A stretch of DNA of 63,518 bases, filler included, from Octopus bimaculoides (taxonomy: Eukaryota), in assembly GCF_001194135.2 (NCBI RefSeq). It is 4 parts of 4 records of this genome, joined end to end, with 100 filler letters (N's around TTAATTAATTAA, not from the genome) between each part and the next. Parts side by side here need not be neighbours in the genome. Positions count along the whole stretch, not along the records: positions 58,457 to 63,518 come from NC_068988.1; 3 more parts are not named here. One strand, 5' to 3'. The notes beneath the pieces are model-generated. The model made no database searches. It was not told where the DNA came from and saw nothing but the letters and a program-made list of their open reading frames with translations. The position numbers and the translations under genes were made by a program. Shown here piece by piece: positions 63,252-63,518 of this stretch; the stretch's first letter is position 1, and every line of letters begins with the position of its first letter.

Positions 63252-63518
63252 CATTTCGATACTGTAGTGACAGATACTTTCACAGAGAGAGAAAGAGAGA
63301 GACAGAAAGAGAGAGGCAGAAAGAGAGAGGCAGAAAGAGAGAGAGAGAGATGTATATGTATACATATACATGTATATGTACACCATTTCGATACTGTAAT
63401 GACAGATACTTTCAGAGAGAGAGAGAGAGAAAGAAAGAAAGAGATAGAGAAAGAGAGAGAGAGAGAGAGATGTATATATATATATACATATACATATACA
63501 CGTATATGTATATATATA
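63252..63518. repeat. 132-bp tandem duplication containing GA and TA/CA microsatellites
   Basis: CATTTCGATACTGTA.TGACAGATACTTTCA starts at 63252 and again at 63384. Confidence 0.85.

Overview
Eukaryotic, AT-rich, microsatellite- and SINE-dense draft sequence with about 20 N-gaps. The repeat landscape suggests a coleoid cephalopod, probably Octopus (inference). Two spliced genes lie tail-to-tail. (1) The last four coding exons of a GH31 lysosomal alpha-glucosidase (GAA-like, + strand, 55-2998), including a GC-AG intron. (2) A Nanchung/OCR-type TRPV channel (- strand, 12 exons traced from 23471 to 6331), covering the distal ankyrin repeats, S1-S6, pore and TRP box, with consistent phases at every junction that can be checked. 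I could not find its N-terminal exons in the remaining 40 kb. The rest is transposon debris: two near full-length mariners, a full-length pogo/Tigger, mariner-type MITEs, a long foldback palindrome, a Penelope-like element, R4/Dong-type LINEs, RTE and L1/Tx1 fragments and several SINE families, plus many mini- and microsatellites. No tRNA/rRNA genes or CRISPR arrays were seen. Nearly all ORF-track entries are translations of simple repeats or N-runs. I see no clear-cut new multi-gene system. The best leads are an R4/Dong family apparently targeting (TACA)n, a weak GC splice donor next to an array of hairpin-masked decoy donors, and inverted SINE pairs bracketing TRPV exons. TE boundaries are approximate unless TIR/TSD positions are given. 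Homolog comparisons are from memory, not database searches.
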